From: an uncultured Beijerinckiaceae bacterium
GTDB taxonomy: Bacteria > Pseudomonadota > Alphaproteobacteria > Rhizobiales > Beijerinckiaceae
Direction of reading: 5' to 3'
NCBI GenBank assembly: GCA_964243435.1
Contig: CAXTFM010000002.1
Location: forward strand, 10,021 to 74,020
Length of the DNA: 64,000 nucleotides
Program-made: the position numbers and the translations under genes
The notes under the pieces: generated by a model
Told to the model about the DNA's origin: nothing
Seen by the model: only the letters and a program-made list of their open reading frames with translations
The model's database searches: none
Shown: in pieces, positions 48,508-57,643 of the stretch
Position numbering within the stretch: position 1 is the stretch's first letter
Layout of the letters: the number at the start of each line of letters is the position of its first letter

Positions 48508-48668
48508 GGAAGTACTCCCCGTGTGTGACGATTTCCCAAACATCGTCACAGCCTAAAAACGGCTGCCACTCTCCTTAGTTCAGCTCGGCCCCGAAGCCGA
48601 ACACATTTTTGCGAGGTTTCGGCCACAGTCGTGAGCTTTCTGCAACAGTGTCTGAATATAGCGGTCCC

Positions 48669-49787
48669 TCACTCCATTACGGGAGCGACCTTCTTCACGT
48701 CGGCCGCCATCTCGCCGAGCCATTTGGCGTTCTTGGCCGTGCCATCGAAGGTTTCGCTGATCTTGAAAAGCTCGTACTTGCCATCGATCGCGAAGGGTCG
48801 GCTGCGCCCGAGCAACTCGGCCACCTGCGCCTTGTCCATGGGCTTGAAGCTGCGCACCGCTTCGAAGGCCTGATCCATGTCGCGCTGGCTTTCCATGCCG
48901 GTGATAACCACGGAGGTCGGCAGGTTCAACGAGTAGTGCAGCATCTCGATCGGCGTGATCGGCGCGTTGGCCTTGAGCAGCACGCTGTCGCCGAAGGTCT
49001 TCATCCCGAGCACGGCGATGCCGTGGGCGGCGAGGTAGGGCAGCACGAGGTGGGCGAAGGAGCGGAAATGCGCGTCCATCACGTTGAGCGGCATTTGGCA
49101 GGAATCGAACTGGAAGCCGCGCTCCTCCGCGACGTGCAGCATCTGCTGGTGGATGCGCGGGTCCTTGTGGCCGGTGAAGCCGATGTGGCGCAGCTTGCCG
49201 GCCGCCTTCGCCTCGACGAAGGCCTCCATGGCGCCGCCTTCGGCGAAGACGCGGTCGGGATCCTCGAAGCGCAGGATCTCGTGATGCTGCACGAGGTCGA
49301 TGCGGTCGGTGCGCAGGCGCTTCAAGGAGGTGTCGATCTGCTGCGCCGCCTCCTTCTTGGTGCGCCCGTCCATCTTGGACATCAGGAACACCTTGTCGCG
49401 GTAGCCGCCCTGTTCCAGCGCGACCCCCATGCGGAGTTCGGAGCGGCCGTCGTTGTAGTCCCAGCAGTTGTCCATGAAGGTGATGCCGCGATCGATCCCC
49501 TGATGGATCAGGCGCGCGGCGTCGGCGTCGCTGAGTGCGTTCTTGCCGATGTGGAAACCGCCCATGCCGATGGCGGAGATCATCTCCTGCGTGCGCCCGA
49601 AACGGCGGTACAGCATGTCGCCGCGGCGCTCGCCGGGGTCGGTGACGAAGGGCAGATCGGCGGGGTCGGCCGGACGCATCTGCGGCAGTGCGGGGACGTT
49701 CACGGGCGTGCCCCCCGTCGCGGCCTGCGCGGCCGTCGCACCGACGGCGGCGAGGCCGACACCCTGGATGAAGCTGCGGCGTTCCAT
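48669..49787 (-). CDS. Tat-signal aldo/keto reductase family protein
   Basis: MERRSFIQGVGLAAVGATAAQA twin-arginine signal; IGMGG.H, FMDNCWDY, FLMSK, DRIDLVQHH, RHIGFTGH, QMPLN, LGMK. AAAAGGA RBS. Confidence 0.9.
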   Translation of the reverse strand: MERRSFIQGVGLAAVGATAAQAATGGTPVNVPALPQMRPADPADLPFVTDPGERRGDMLYRRFGRTQEMISAIGMGGFHIGKNALSDADAARLIHQGIDRGITFMDNCWDYNDGRSELRMGVALEQGGYRDKVFLMSKMDGRTKKEAAQQIDTSLKRLRTDRIDLVQHHEILRFEDPDRVFAEGGAMEAFVEAKAAGKLRHIGFTGHKDPRIHQQMLHVAEERGFQFDSCQMPLNVMDAHFRSFAHLVLPYLAAHGIAVLGMKTFGDSVLLKANAPITPIEMLHYSLNLPTSVVITGMESQRDMDQAFEAVRSFKPMDKAQVAELLGRSRPFAIDGKYELFKISETFDGTAKNAKWLGEMAADVKKVAPVME

Positions 49788-49845
49788 GTCGATCCTTTTG
49801 CGGAATGGCGGTGCGGGTGGCCGGCGCGGCCGTAATGGGGCGATG

Positions 49846-50574
49846 TCACGAGGCGGCTCCTTCCCTGCGCGCGAGGTGCTCGGCGGCCCGCAGCAGGCGG
49901 AGCGCCGCGCAGGCCGCCCCGTAGCCATTGTCGATGTTGACCACCGCCAGGCCCGGCGCGCAGCTCGCGAGCATGGCGTCGAGCGCGGCGCGCCCGCCCG
50001 CCGCGACACCGTAGCCCACCGAGGTGGGCACGGCGACGATGGCGCCACCGACGAGACCGCCGACCACGCTCGGCAGCGCCGCGTCCATGCCGGCGGCGAC
50101 GATCACGACCGGGTGGGCGCGGATGTCGTCGAGGCGGCGGGTGAGGCGCCACAGCCCCGCGACGCCGACATCCACGATCAGCGTGGCGGCCTCGCCGTGG
50201 TAGGCCAGGGTGCGGGCAGCCTCGCGCGCCACGCCGGCGTCCGAGGTGCCGGCGCAGACCACGGCGACGCGCCCGCGCCCGGTCACCGCGCGGGGGGTGC
50301 CGAACACGGCCGTCCGCGAGGTGGCGCAGTAGTCGATGCGGTCGCGGTGGCGCGGCGCCAGCGCGGCGAGCTTGTCGGCGTCGAGCCGCGTCACGAGCAG
50401 CGCCGCGCCGCGCGCCTCCGCCGCGGCAAGGATGGCGTCGAGCTGCACGGCCGTCTTGCCGGCGGCGAAGACCGCCTCCTCCAGCCCGATGCGCTCCTCG
50501 CGGGCGAAGTCGAGCACGAACTCGTCGACGGTCCCGTCGCCGGCACCACCGCCGTCGCCCGGGCGCACGCTCAC
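49846..50574 (-). CDS. larB: Nickel-pincer cofactor biosynthesis carboxylase/hydrolase LarB
   Basis: LDFAREERIG..EAVF..GKT, AGTSD..VA.EA, DVGVAGLWRL, AGMDAALPSVVGG, VPTSVGYG, ASCAPG..VVNIDNGYGAA. Confidence 0.93.
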   Translation of the reverse strand: MSVRPGDGGGAGDGTVDEFVLDFAREERIGLEEAVFAAGKTAVQLDAILAAAEARGAALLVTRLDADKLAALAPRHRDRIDYCATSRTAVFGTPRAVTGRGRVAVVCAGTSDAGVAREAARTLAYHGEAATLIVDVGVAGLWRLTRRLDDIRAHPVVIVAAGMDAALPSVVGGLVGGAIVAVPTSVGYGVAAGGRAALDAMLASCAPGLAVVNIDNGYGAACAALRLLRAAEHLARREGAAS

Positions 50575-51425
50575 GCCGGCACCGCCGTCGCCGTGAGGAA
50601 GGCGCTTCCGGTGCGGTAGGGCGCGAAGCGGACGCCGCGCGCCGCCAGCGCCGCCGGCGCGTGGCCGCCGATGGCGACGGCGAGCCGCGCCCGCTCGTCG
50701 GGGCCGAGCGCGGCGAGACCCGCGGGGTCGAGCTCTACCACGATGCCGGCGGCGCGCACGCGGCAGCGCACGGCGCGCGCGGCGCCCTGCACCGGTGCGA
50801 GCCGCGCGCCGACCAGTTCTTCCACCGCGTGAACGAAGCGCAGCGTGTCGGCCTCGATGCGGATGCCGGTCTCGACACGGCTTGACAGGCAGGGTGCGGC
50901 CGGCAGCTCGGCCACTTCGCCAAGGCCGAGACGGCGCGCCAGCGCGCGCACCGCCGCCTTGTCCATGCCGGCCTCGACATAGGGGTGGCGCACCCCGTGG
51001 TCCCGCGCCGCGTCGAGGCCGGGGCGGTACTCGCCGAGGTCGTCGAGGTTGGCGCCGGACAGGATCGGCCGATCGGTGACGGCGGCGACCGCGCCGTACA
51101 GGTTGGTCTTGCAGAAGAAGCAGCGGTTGACCGGATTTGCACGGTAGCGCGGATCGGCGAATTCGCCCGCCGCGATCACGCGCAACGCCCAGCCCTCGGC
51201 CACCGCCTGCGCCTCGACGCGGCGCGTCGCCTCCGTCGGCACGGCGGGGGAGGCGGCATGTACGGCGAGCATGGCGCCTGCGCCCAGCACGCGATGGGCG
51301 GCGGCGGCCAGGGTCAGGCTGTCGACGCCGCCGCTGACCGCGACCGCCACGGCGCCCATCGGTGCGAGCACGGCGCCGAGGCGGTCGAGGCTTTGCAAGG
51401 CGTCGCCGACCAATGCGTCACTCAT
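50571..51425 (-). CDS. larE: ATP-dependent sulfur insertase LarE
   Basis: PP-loop SGGVDS, NPVNRCFFCK, GANLDDL.EYRPG, K.AVR.LAR, PAAPCLSSR; 4-nt overlaps with larB and larC. Confidence 0.92.
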   Translation of the reverse strand: MSDALVGDALQSLDRLGAVLAPMGAVAVAVSGGVDSLTLAAAAHRVLGAGAMLAVHAASPAVPTEATRRVEAQAVAEGWALRVIAAGEFADPRYRANPVNRCFFCKTNLYGAVAAVTDRPILSGANLDDLGEYRPGLDAARDHGVRHPYVEAGMDKAAVRALARRLGLGEVAELPAAPCLSSRVETGIRIEADTLRFVHAVEELVGARLAPVQGAARAVRCRVRAAGIVVELDPAGLAALGPDERARLAVAIGGHAPAALAARGVRFAPYRTGSAFLTATAVPA

Positions 51426-52732
51426 GGCGCGCCATCGCTTTCGAGCGCCAAACGTTCCGCCTCGCGCCGCAGCGTCGCACGGGCGGCGTGCCCTTCATGG
51501 GCGAGGGCGTCGTCGGCCTCGGCCTTGGCGGTGCGCCCGCCCGGCCGCTCCACCGTCTTCACCCGCACCGCGCGCCCGTCCACCTCCACCGTGGCGAGCC
51601 GGCGGGGCAGGGCGCTTCCCGCCACCGCATGGTGGCGCAGACCGATGGTGGTGGTTTCGCGAAAGCACGCCGCCACCGCCGCGTCGCGGGCATCGGCGCG
51701 GGCGAGCGCGCGCACATGCGTCATCATCCGCCCCTTCTTGCCGAACACGGGGCTTTGCACGACGTCGAAAAGGTCGGGATGGGCGCGCAGCCGGTCGAGC
51801 CCCATCGCGAGGTCCTCGGCGGACTGGTCGTCCACCTCGAACTCGATCACGAGGAGTTCGCGATGGGGAGAGGGTGACGCCGCATCGGCCCGAGGCCCGG
51901 TCTCATCGGGCGTCGTCTCGTCGAACGCCAGGACGCGCAGGCAGTTGCTGAGGCCGGGCAGGGTACGGGTGCCGAAGCCGATGCCGGAGCGGCCGAGCAC
52001 GCGCGCTCGGGGCACGCGCCGCGCCCCACCACCGTCGCAGAGGTGCTTGAGGATCGCGGCGCCGGTTGGCGTGACGCGCTCGCCGTCGATCCCATCGTCG
52101 ATCACGGCGAAACCTTGGAGCAGCAGCGCGGTGGCCGGCGCCGGCACGGGCAGGGGACCATGGGCCGTGCGCACCCGGCCGCCGCCGAGCGGCAACGCCG
52201 CGATGCTCCAACTTGCCGCGCCGAGCGCGGCGATCAGGGTCGCGGCGGCGACGATGTCGGCGATCGAGTCCCAGGCGCCGACCTCGTGAAAGCTCACCGC
52301 CTCGACATCGATGCCGTGAACCGCCGCTTCGGCGCGGGCGAGCTGGGTGAAGATCGCGACCGCGTGGTCGCGGACGGTCGGGTCGAGGCCGGAGCCGTCG
52401 AGGTCCGCCCTGATCCGCGACCAGTGCCGGTGCCCGTGCGCCGCGCGGTGGGCGTGCGGGTCATGACCATGCGGGCCATGATCGTGCGGAGTATAATCGT
52501 GCGGACCATGATCGTGGGTGTGTCCATGGTGCTCCGTCGCGTCGCGCAACTCGACGACGAAGCGCCGGCCCTGGAGCACGCCGTCATTGTGCGGCAGCAG
52601 TCGACAGCGCACCGGGGCGAGCGCGGCGACCGCGTCGAGCACGCGCCCCTCGTGCTGCGGGAAAGCGTCGAGCAGGGCGGCCACGAACATGTCGCCGGCG
52701 ACGCCGCCGATCGCGTCGAGCTGGATGTGCAT
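51422..52732 (-). CDS. larC: Nickel insertase (cyclometallase) LarC
   Basis: GGVAGDM, His-rich tract, LARAEAAVHG, FHEVGAWDSIADIV, HGPLPVPAPAT, ERVTPTGAA, EVDDQS.E, GKKGR, ETTTIGLR, KAEADD. Confidence 0.94.
   Translation of the reverse strand: MHIQLDAIGGVAGDMFVAALLDAFPQHEGRVLDAVAALAPVRCRLLPHNDGVLQGRRFVVELRDATEHHGHTHDHGPHDYTPHDHGPHGHDPHAHRAAHGHRHWSRIRADLDGSGLDPTVRDHAVAIFTQLARAEAAVHGIDVEAVSFHEVGAWDSIADIVAAATLIAALGAASWSIAALPLGGGRVRTAHGPLPVPAPATALLLQGFAVIDDGIDGERVTPTGAAILKHLCDGGGARRVPRARVLGRSGIGFGTRTLPGLSNCLRVLAFDETTPDETGPRADAASPSPHRELLVIEFEVDDQSAEDLAMGLDRLRAHPDLFDVVQSPVFGKKGRMMTHVRALARADARDAAVAACFRETTTIGLRHHAVAGSALPRRLATVEVDGRAVRVKTVERPGGRTAKAEADDALAHEGHAARATLRREAERLALESDGAP
52457..52516 (-). 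repeat. Four imperfect 15-bp tandem repeats encoding the LarC His-rich tract
   Basis: Plus-strand units cgggtcatgaccatg / cgggccatgatcgtg / cggagtataatcgtg / cggaccatgatcgtg, encoding HDHGP-HDYTP-HDHGP-HGHDP. Confidence 0.8.
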
Positions 52733-52878
52733 CGGTTCGAAAACGACTCCTGCGGCCAAGCCGGCGGCCCACGCGGAGTGCAACATACACCGATCGGGTC
52801 GTTGCCGTCCGGCGGACAGCAGCTACAGTTCGGCGCGCCCGCCTGCCCCGTCCGGGGCGGCCCGTCGTGAGCCCATCG

Positions 52879-55800
52879 ATGCACCTTCGCCACCCCAGCC
52901 GGTCAGTTTGGCAACGGATCGCGCGAGCCGCCGCCGCACTGCTGCCGTTGCTCCTCGCGTCCTGGCCCGCCCGTGCCATCGACTACCTCAACGTGACGGT
53001 GCAGCCGGACCGTGCCGTGCCCGCCGCCTGCCTGTCCTTCACGGTGCCGCTGCCGCGCGGACGGGCGCTCGACCCCTACCTCGCCATCGCGCCGGCGCTG
53101 GACCATTCGCTGGATGCCCGCGGCAAGGACCTTTGCATCGGCGGCCTCAGGCATGGCGGACGCTATGCCGTACGGATCAAGGCCGGCCTGCCCGGCGCCG
53201 ACGGCAGCGCCCTGCCAAAGGACGTCGCGGTGGACGTGCAAATCCCCGACCGCGACCCGCAGGTGAGCTTCGACAAGGGCAAGACGCTGCTGCCGCTCAC
53301 CCCCGGCGTCGGCTTGCCGCTGAAAAGCGTGAACGTGACCAAGGCGCATGTCGCGCTGTACCGCCTGGGCGAGCGGGCGCTGGCCGACCGCGTGGGTGAG
53401 GACTGGTTCGGCCAGGCGCTCGGCAGCTACGGCCTCGACCAGATGGCCGAGCGGGCGACCAAGCTGTTCGAAGGCTCGCTCGATATCGCCGCGGTGCGCA
53501 ACCGGCAGGTCTCGACGACCATCCCGATCGAGGCGCTGGTCAAGACGCTGCAGCCCGGCATCTACGTCGCGGTGGCGACGAGCGACGCGCAAAAGGGCGA
53601 CCGCGACGCCGACAAGGCCACGCAATGGTTCAGCGTTTCCGACATCGGCCTCACCGCGGTGAAGACCGATGCGGCGACGCTGGTCGTCGCGCGGTCGCTG
53701 CAAACCGCCGTGCCGCTCCCCGGCATCGCGGTGCGCCTCGTTTCGCGGGCCAACGAGGTGCTGTCCGCCACCCGCACCGACGCGGACGGCCGCGTCACCA
53801 TCCCCGGCGCGGTGCTGCGCGGCGAACACGGCGATGCGCCGAAGCTCCTCACGGCGAGCGACGAGCACGGCAGCTTCACCTCCCTCCAGATGGACGCGCC
53901 GGCCCTCGACCTGTCCGACCTCGACGGCAAGGGCAGGACGCCGCCGCGCGCCAACGACGCCTTCGTGTGGACCGACCGCGGCGTGTACCGCCCCGGCGAA
54001 ACCGTCCACCTCGGCGTCCTGTTGCGCGACCGCGACGCCCACGCCGTCGCCGGCGTCCCGCTCACGCTGCACATCGTGCGGCCGGACGGCATCGAGGTCG
54101 ACAAGCGCCAGATCGCCCTGACGAGCGCCGGCGGCGGGACGCTCGACGTACCCCTCGCCGACAACGCCTTTTCCGGCGCGTGGCGGTTTTGGGCCAGCGC
54201 CGGCGATGCGACGGATGTCGGCGAGGTGTCGGTGTCCGTGCAGGACTTCGTGCCGCCGCGCCTTGATGTCGGGCTGACCGCCGGCGCGCCCGACCCCGAC
54301 GGCGCGGTCCCCGTCGACATCGCGGCCGACTACTTCTACGGCAGTCCCGGCGCCGACCTGTCGGGGACGCTCGAAGCCACGCTGGAGGCGGCGGGTGCGC
54401 CCTTCCCCGGTCTGGCCGGATACAGCTTCGGCCTTGCGCAGGAGCCGTTCCTCGCCAAGGCGCTGAAGAGCGAGGCGTTCGCAACCGACGACAACGGCCG
54501 CGCCCACCTCGACCTCAAGCCTGACGCGGTGCCGGATACCACCGTGCCGCTCGCCCTGACGCTGCGCGCCACCGTCAACGACGTCGACGGCCGCCCGGCG
54601 GTCGCCACCGCGACGCGCGCGCTGCACACCGCCGACCGCTTCATCGGCCTGCGTCCCGGCTTCACCAGCCTGTCGGACGGCGGTGCGGCGGCGTTCGACG
54701 TGGCGCTCGTCGACGGCGACGGCCGTCCGCTCGGCCGCCAGGGCCTCAAGTGGGACCTCGTCAGGGAGGACTACAGCTACAACTACTTCTACCGCGACGG
54801 ACGCTGGCAGTCGCACGAGACGGTCACCGACGCCCGCACCAACGGCGGCGAGGTCGCGCTCGACGCCGACGGCAGGACGAGGATCACGGCCACCGTTGGC
54901 AACGGCCGCTGGCGACTCGACTGCTACGACGCCTCCGGCACCGCGGCGACAAGCATGCGCTTCGGTGCCGGCTGGTGGGCGACGAGCGAAGCGGAGGGGC
55001 GCAAGCCCGAGGTGATGCCGGTGTCGATCGACGCGCACCCGCCGGCGGGCAAGGTGCGCGCCATGGTCGAGCCGTCCTTCGCCGGGCGCGTGCTCGTCAT
55101 GCTCGACGGCAACGGGTTGCACGGGGTGCGCGAGGTCGCGATGGCCAAGGGCGGCGGCGCGGTGGAGTTCGACGCAGCCGACGTGCCGCCCGCCGGCGCC
55201 TACGTGCTGGCGCTCGCCGTGTCGCCGGCCGGCGCCGTGGTGCCGCGCCTGCCGGTGCGCGCGGTGGGCCTCGCCTTCGTGCCGGGCAGCGCCGCCGCGC
55301 GCCGGCTCGACGTGTCGCTCGCCGCGGCGGACACGATCCGGCCGCAGACGGCGCTCGCCGTCGACGTCGCCGTGCGCGGCGCGGCGGCGGGGGAAGAGGC
55401 CTACGTGACGCTTGCCGCCGTGGACGAGGCGGTGCTGCGCATGACCAACTTCGCCGCGCCCGATCCGGCCGAGCACTTCTTCGGCCGGCGCGCGGCCGAC
55501 GTCGAGCTGCGCGACGTGTACAACCAGCTCATCGATCCGGCCGGCACGCCGGGACGCCTCGTCGAGGGCGGCGACGGCAACGCCAACCTCAACCTTGGCG
55601 CCCTTGACGTGAAGACCTTCAAGACCGTCGCCCTGTTCAAGGGCCCGGTGCGGCTCGACGCCGACGGCCGCGCCCGGGTCACGCTCGATCTGCCCGACTT
55701 TTCCGGGCGGCTGCGTTTGATGGCGGTGGCCTGGACGCTTGATCGCTTCGGCGGTGCCGAGCGTCCGCTCACCGTGCGCCCGCCGCTGCTCGCCGAACTG

Positions 55801-57618
55801 ACCCTGCCGCGCTTCCTGGCGCCCGGCGACAGGGTGCGCGCCCGCATCATGCTGACCGACCTCGACGCGCCGGAGGGTACCTACACCGTTGCAATCACCG
55901 CCAGCGGTGCCGTGGCGCTCGACAGGCAGGACGCGCTGTTCAAGGACGTCGAGCGCAACAAGCGTCGCTACGTCGACCGCTGGTTGACCGCCGCCGCGGT
56001 GCCCGGGGTCGGGCGTCTTCACATGGTGGTGACGGGCGCCGACGGCGCGACGACCGAGCGCGATTTCGCCCTCACCGTGCGCACGCCGAACGCCTATCTC
56101 ACGCGGCGGCAGATCGTCACCCTGGCGCCGGGCGCCAGGATCGCCCTCGATGACGCCCTCGCCCAGGACCTCGTGCCCGGCACGGCGACGCTCGACGTCA
56201 CGGCATCCAGCGTGCCGGCGCTCGACGTCGCCGGCCTGCTCGCGGACTTGCGCCGCTACCCCTACGGCTGCGCCGAGCAGACGATCAGCCGGGCCTTTCC
56301 CGAACTGTTCGCCGCCCGGCTCGGCGCGGCGCTGCCCGCCCCGACCGCCGACGCGGTGACGGGGCAGGGCGCGATCGCCCGGCTCGCCTCCCTGCAGGCC
56401 GACGACGGCTCGTTCGGCCTGTGGTCGGCCTTCGATCGCGGCAACTTCTGGCTCACCGCCTACGCCGTCGACTTCTTCCAGCACGCGCGCGCCGCGGGGA
56501 TCAACGTGCCCGACGCGATGGAAACGCGGGCGACGACGTGGCTCGCGGCAAGATTCGCCAACGCCCAGCTCGACGCCCGCGACGTCGCCGGCGCCACCTA
56601 CGCCTCCATCGTTCTGTCGCGCGCCGGCCGCCTCGACCTGTCGCAGCTCCGCTACGTGGCGGAGCGGGTACGCGGCGCCCTGCCGAGCGACCTCGCCCGG
56701 GTGCAACTCGCCTCCGCCCTGACCCGCACCGGCGAGCGCGACCTCGCCGCCGGCTTGCTCAAGGCGTCGGTCGTCGCGCGCGACCCCCGCGCCTGGTTCA
56801 ACGACTACGGCAGCCGGCTGCGCGATCAGGCGATGACCCTGTCGCTGATGGCGGAAGAAAAGCTCGTGCCGCGCACGGTGCTGGTCGAACGCGCGCTCGA
56901 CCTGTCGCGGGCGACCGGCGGCCGGCAATATCTGTCGACGCAGGAGCAGGCATGGCTGCTTCGCGCCGCCTTCGACCTGTCCGCGACGGCGCCGCTTGAC
57001 GTCGCGCTCGACGGCCGCCGCAACGCGCCGGGCGAGACGAGCCTGCACGCCACGGTGGCGCTGGGCAAGGGGCGGTCGGCGTCGCTGGCCAACGAGGGGC
57101 GCGAGCCGGCCTACGTGGCGCTGGCGACGACCGGCATCCCCGCCGGCGCGCAGCCGGCGGAGACCAACGGCTTCACGGTCGGCCGCGACACCTTCCACCT
57201 CGACGGCACGCCGGCGGACCTCGCCGACATCCACCAGAACGACGAGCTTGTGGTGGTCGTCACCGGAGCGATGACGGAGCCGTTCGAGCGCAAGGTGCTC
57301 GCCGTCGACATGCTCCCCGCCGGGCTGGAGCCGGAGCCGGTCGGCCTCGCCACCTCGCGCGACGACGGCCAGTTCAAGTGGCTGACGGAGCTGACCGCGC
57401 CGACCTTCGTCGCGCTGCGCGACGACCGCTACGTCGCCGGCCTCGACCTCGATGCCGCGTCGGCGCGGGTCAAGGTCGCCTACGTCGTGCGCGCCGTCAG
57501 CGTCGGCACCTTCGCCAATCCGGGACCGCAGATCGAGGACATGTACGCGCCGAGTTACCACGCCCGCGGGGCGGCCGGCACGCTGGAGGTCAAGCCGGCA
57601 CGGCTGCCGCCGCCGTGA
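52879..57618 (+). CDS. Bacterial alpha-2-macroglobulin (YfhM-like)
   Basis: SVSDIGL, TDRGVYRPGETV, VQDFVPPR, AAVDE, LPDFSGRLRLMAVAW, PRFLAPGD, thioester YPYGCAEQ, DMLPAGLE, EDMY.P. Start 52867 or 52879. Confidence 0.95.
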   Translation: MHLRHPSRSVWQRIARAAAALLPLLLASWPARAIDYLNVTVQPDRAVPAACLSFTVPLPRGRALDPYLAIAPALDHSLDARGKDLCIGGLRHGGRYAVRIKAGLPGADGSALPKDVAVDVQIPDRDPQVSFDKGKTLLPLTPGVGLPLKSVNVTKAHVALYRLGERALADRVGEDWFGQALGSYGLDQMAERATKLFEGSLDIAAVRNRQVSTTIPIEALVKTLQPGIYVAVATSDAQKGDRDADKATQWFSVSDIGLTAVKTDAATLVVARSLQTAVPLPGIAVRLVSRANEVLSATRTDADGRVTIPGAVLRGEHGDAPKLLTASDEHGSFTSLQMDAPALDLSDLDGKGRTPPRANDAFVWTDRGVYRPGETVHLGVLLRDRDAHAVAGVPLTLHIVRPDGIEVDKRQIALTSAGGGTLDVPLADNAFSGAWRFWASAGDATDVGEVSVSVQDFVPPRLDVGLTAGAPDPDGAVPVDIAADYFYGSPGADLSGTLEATLEAAGAPFPGLAGYSFGLAQEPFLAKALKSEAFATDDNGRAHLDLKPDAVPDTTVPLALTLRATVNDVDGRPAVATATRALHTADRFIGLRPGFTSLSDGGAAAFDVALVDGDGRPLGRQGLKWDLVREDYSYNYFYRDGRWQSHETVTDARTNGGEVALDADGRTRITATVGNGRWRLDCYDASGTAATSMRFGAGWWATSEAEGRKPEVMPVSIDAHPPAGKVRAMVEPSFAGRVLVMLDGNGLHGVREVAMAKGGGAVEFDAADVPPAGAYVLALAVSPAGAVVPRLPVRAVGLAFVPGSAAARRLDVSLAAADTIRPQTALAVDVAVRGAAAGEEAYVTLAAVDEAVLRMTNFAAPDPAEHFFGRRAADVELRDVYNQLIDPAGTPGRLVEGGDGNANLNLGALDVKTFKTVALFKGPVRLDADGRARVTLDLPDFSGRLRLMAVAWTLDRFGGAERPLTVRPPLLAELTLPRFLAPGDRVRARIMLTDLDAPEGTYTVAITASGAVALDRQDALFKDVERNKRRYVDRWLTAAAVPGVGRLHMVVTGADGATTERDFALTVRTPNAYLTRRQIVTLAPGARIALDDALAQDLVPGTATLDVTASSVPALDVAGLLADLRRYPYGCAEQTISRAFPELFAARLGAALPAPTADAVTGQGAIARLASLQADDGSFGLWSAFDRGNFWLTAYAVDFFQHARAAGINVPDAMETRATTWLAARFANAQLDARDVAGATYASIVLSRAGRLDLSQLRYVAERVRGALPSDLARVQLASALTRTGERDLAAGLLKASVVARDPRAWFNDYGSRLRDQAMTLSLMAEEKLVPRTVLVERALDLSRATGGRQYLSTQEQAWLLRAAFDLSATAPLDVALDGRRNAPGETSLHATVALGKGRSASLANEGREPAYVALATTGIPAGAQPAETNGFTVGRDTFHLDGTPADLADIHQNDELVVVVTGAMTEPFERKVLAVDMLPAGLEPEPVGLATSRDDGQFKWLTELTAPTFVALRDDRYVAGLDLDAASARVKVAYVVRAVSVGTFANPGPQIEDMYAPSYHARGAAGTLEVKPARLPPP

Positions 57619-57643
57619 GCGTCGCTTGGCCGGCGCGGCGGCG

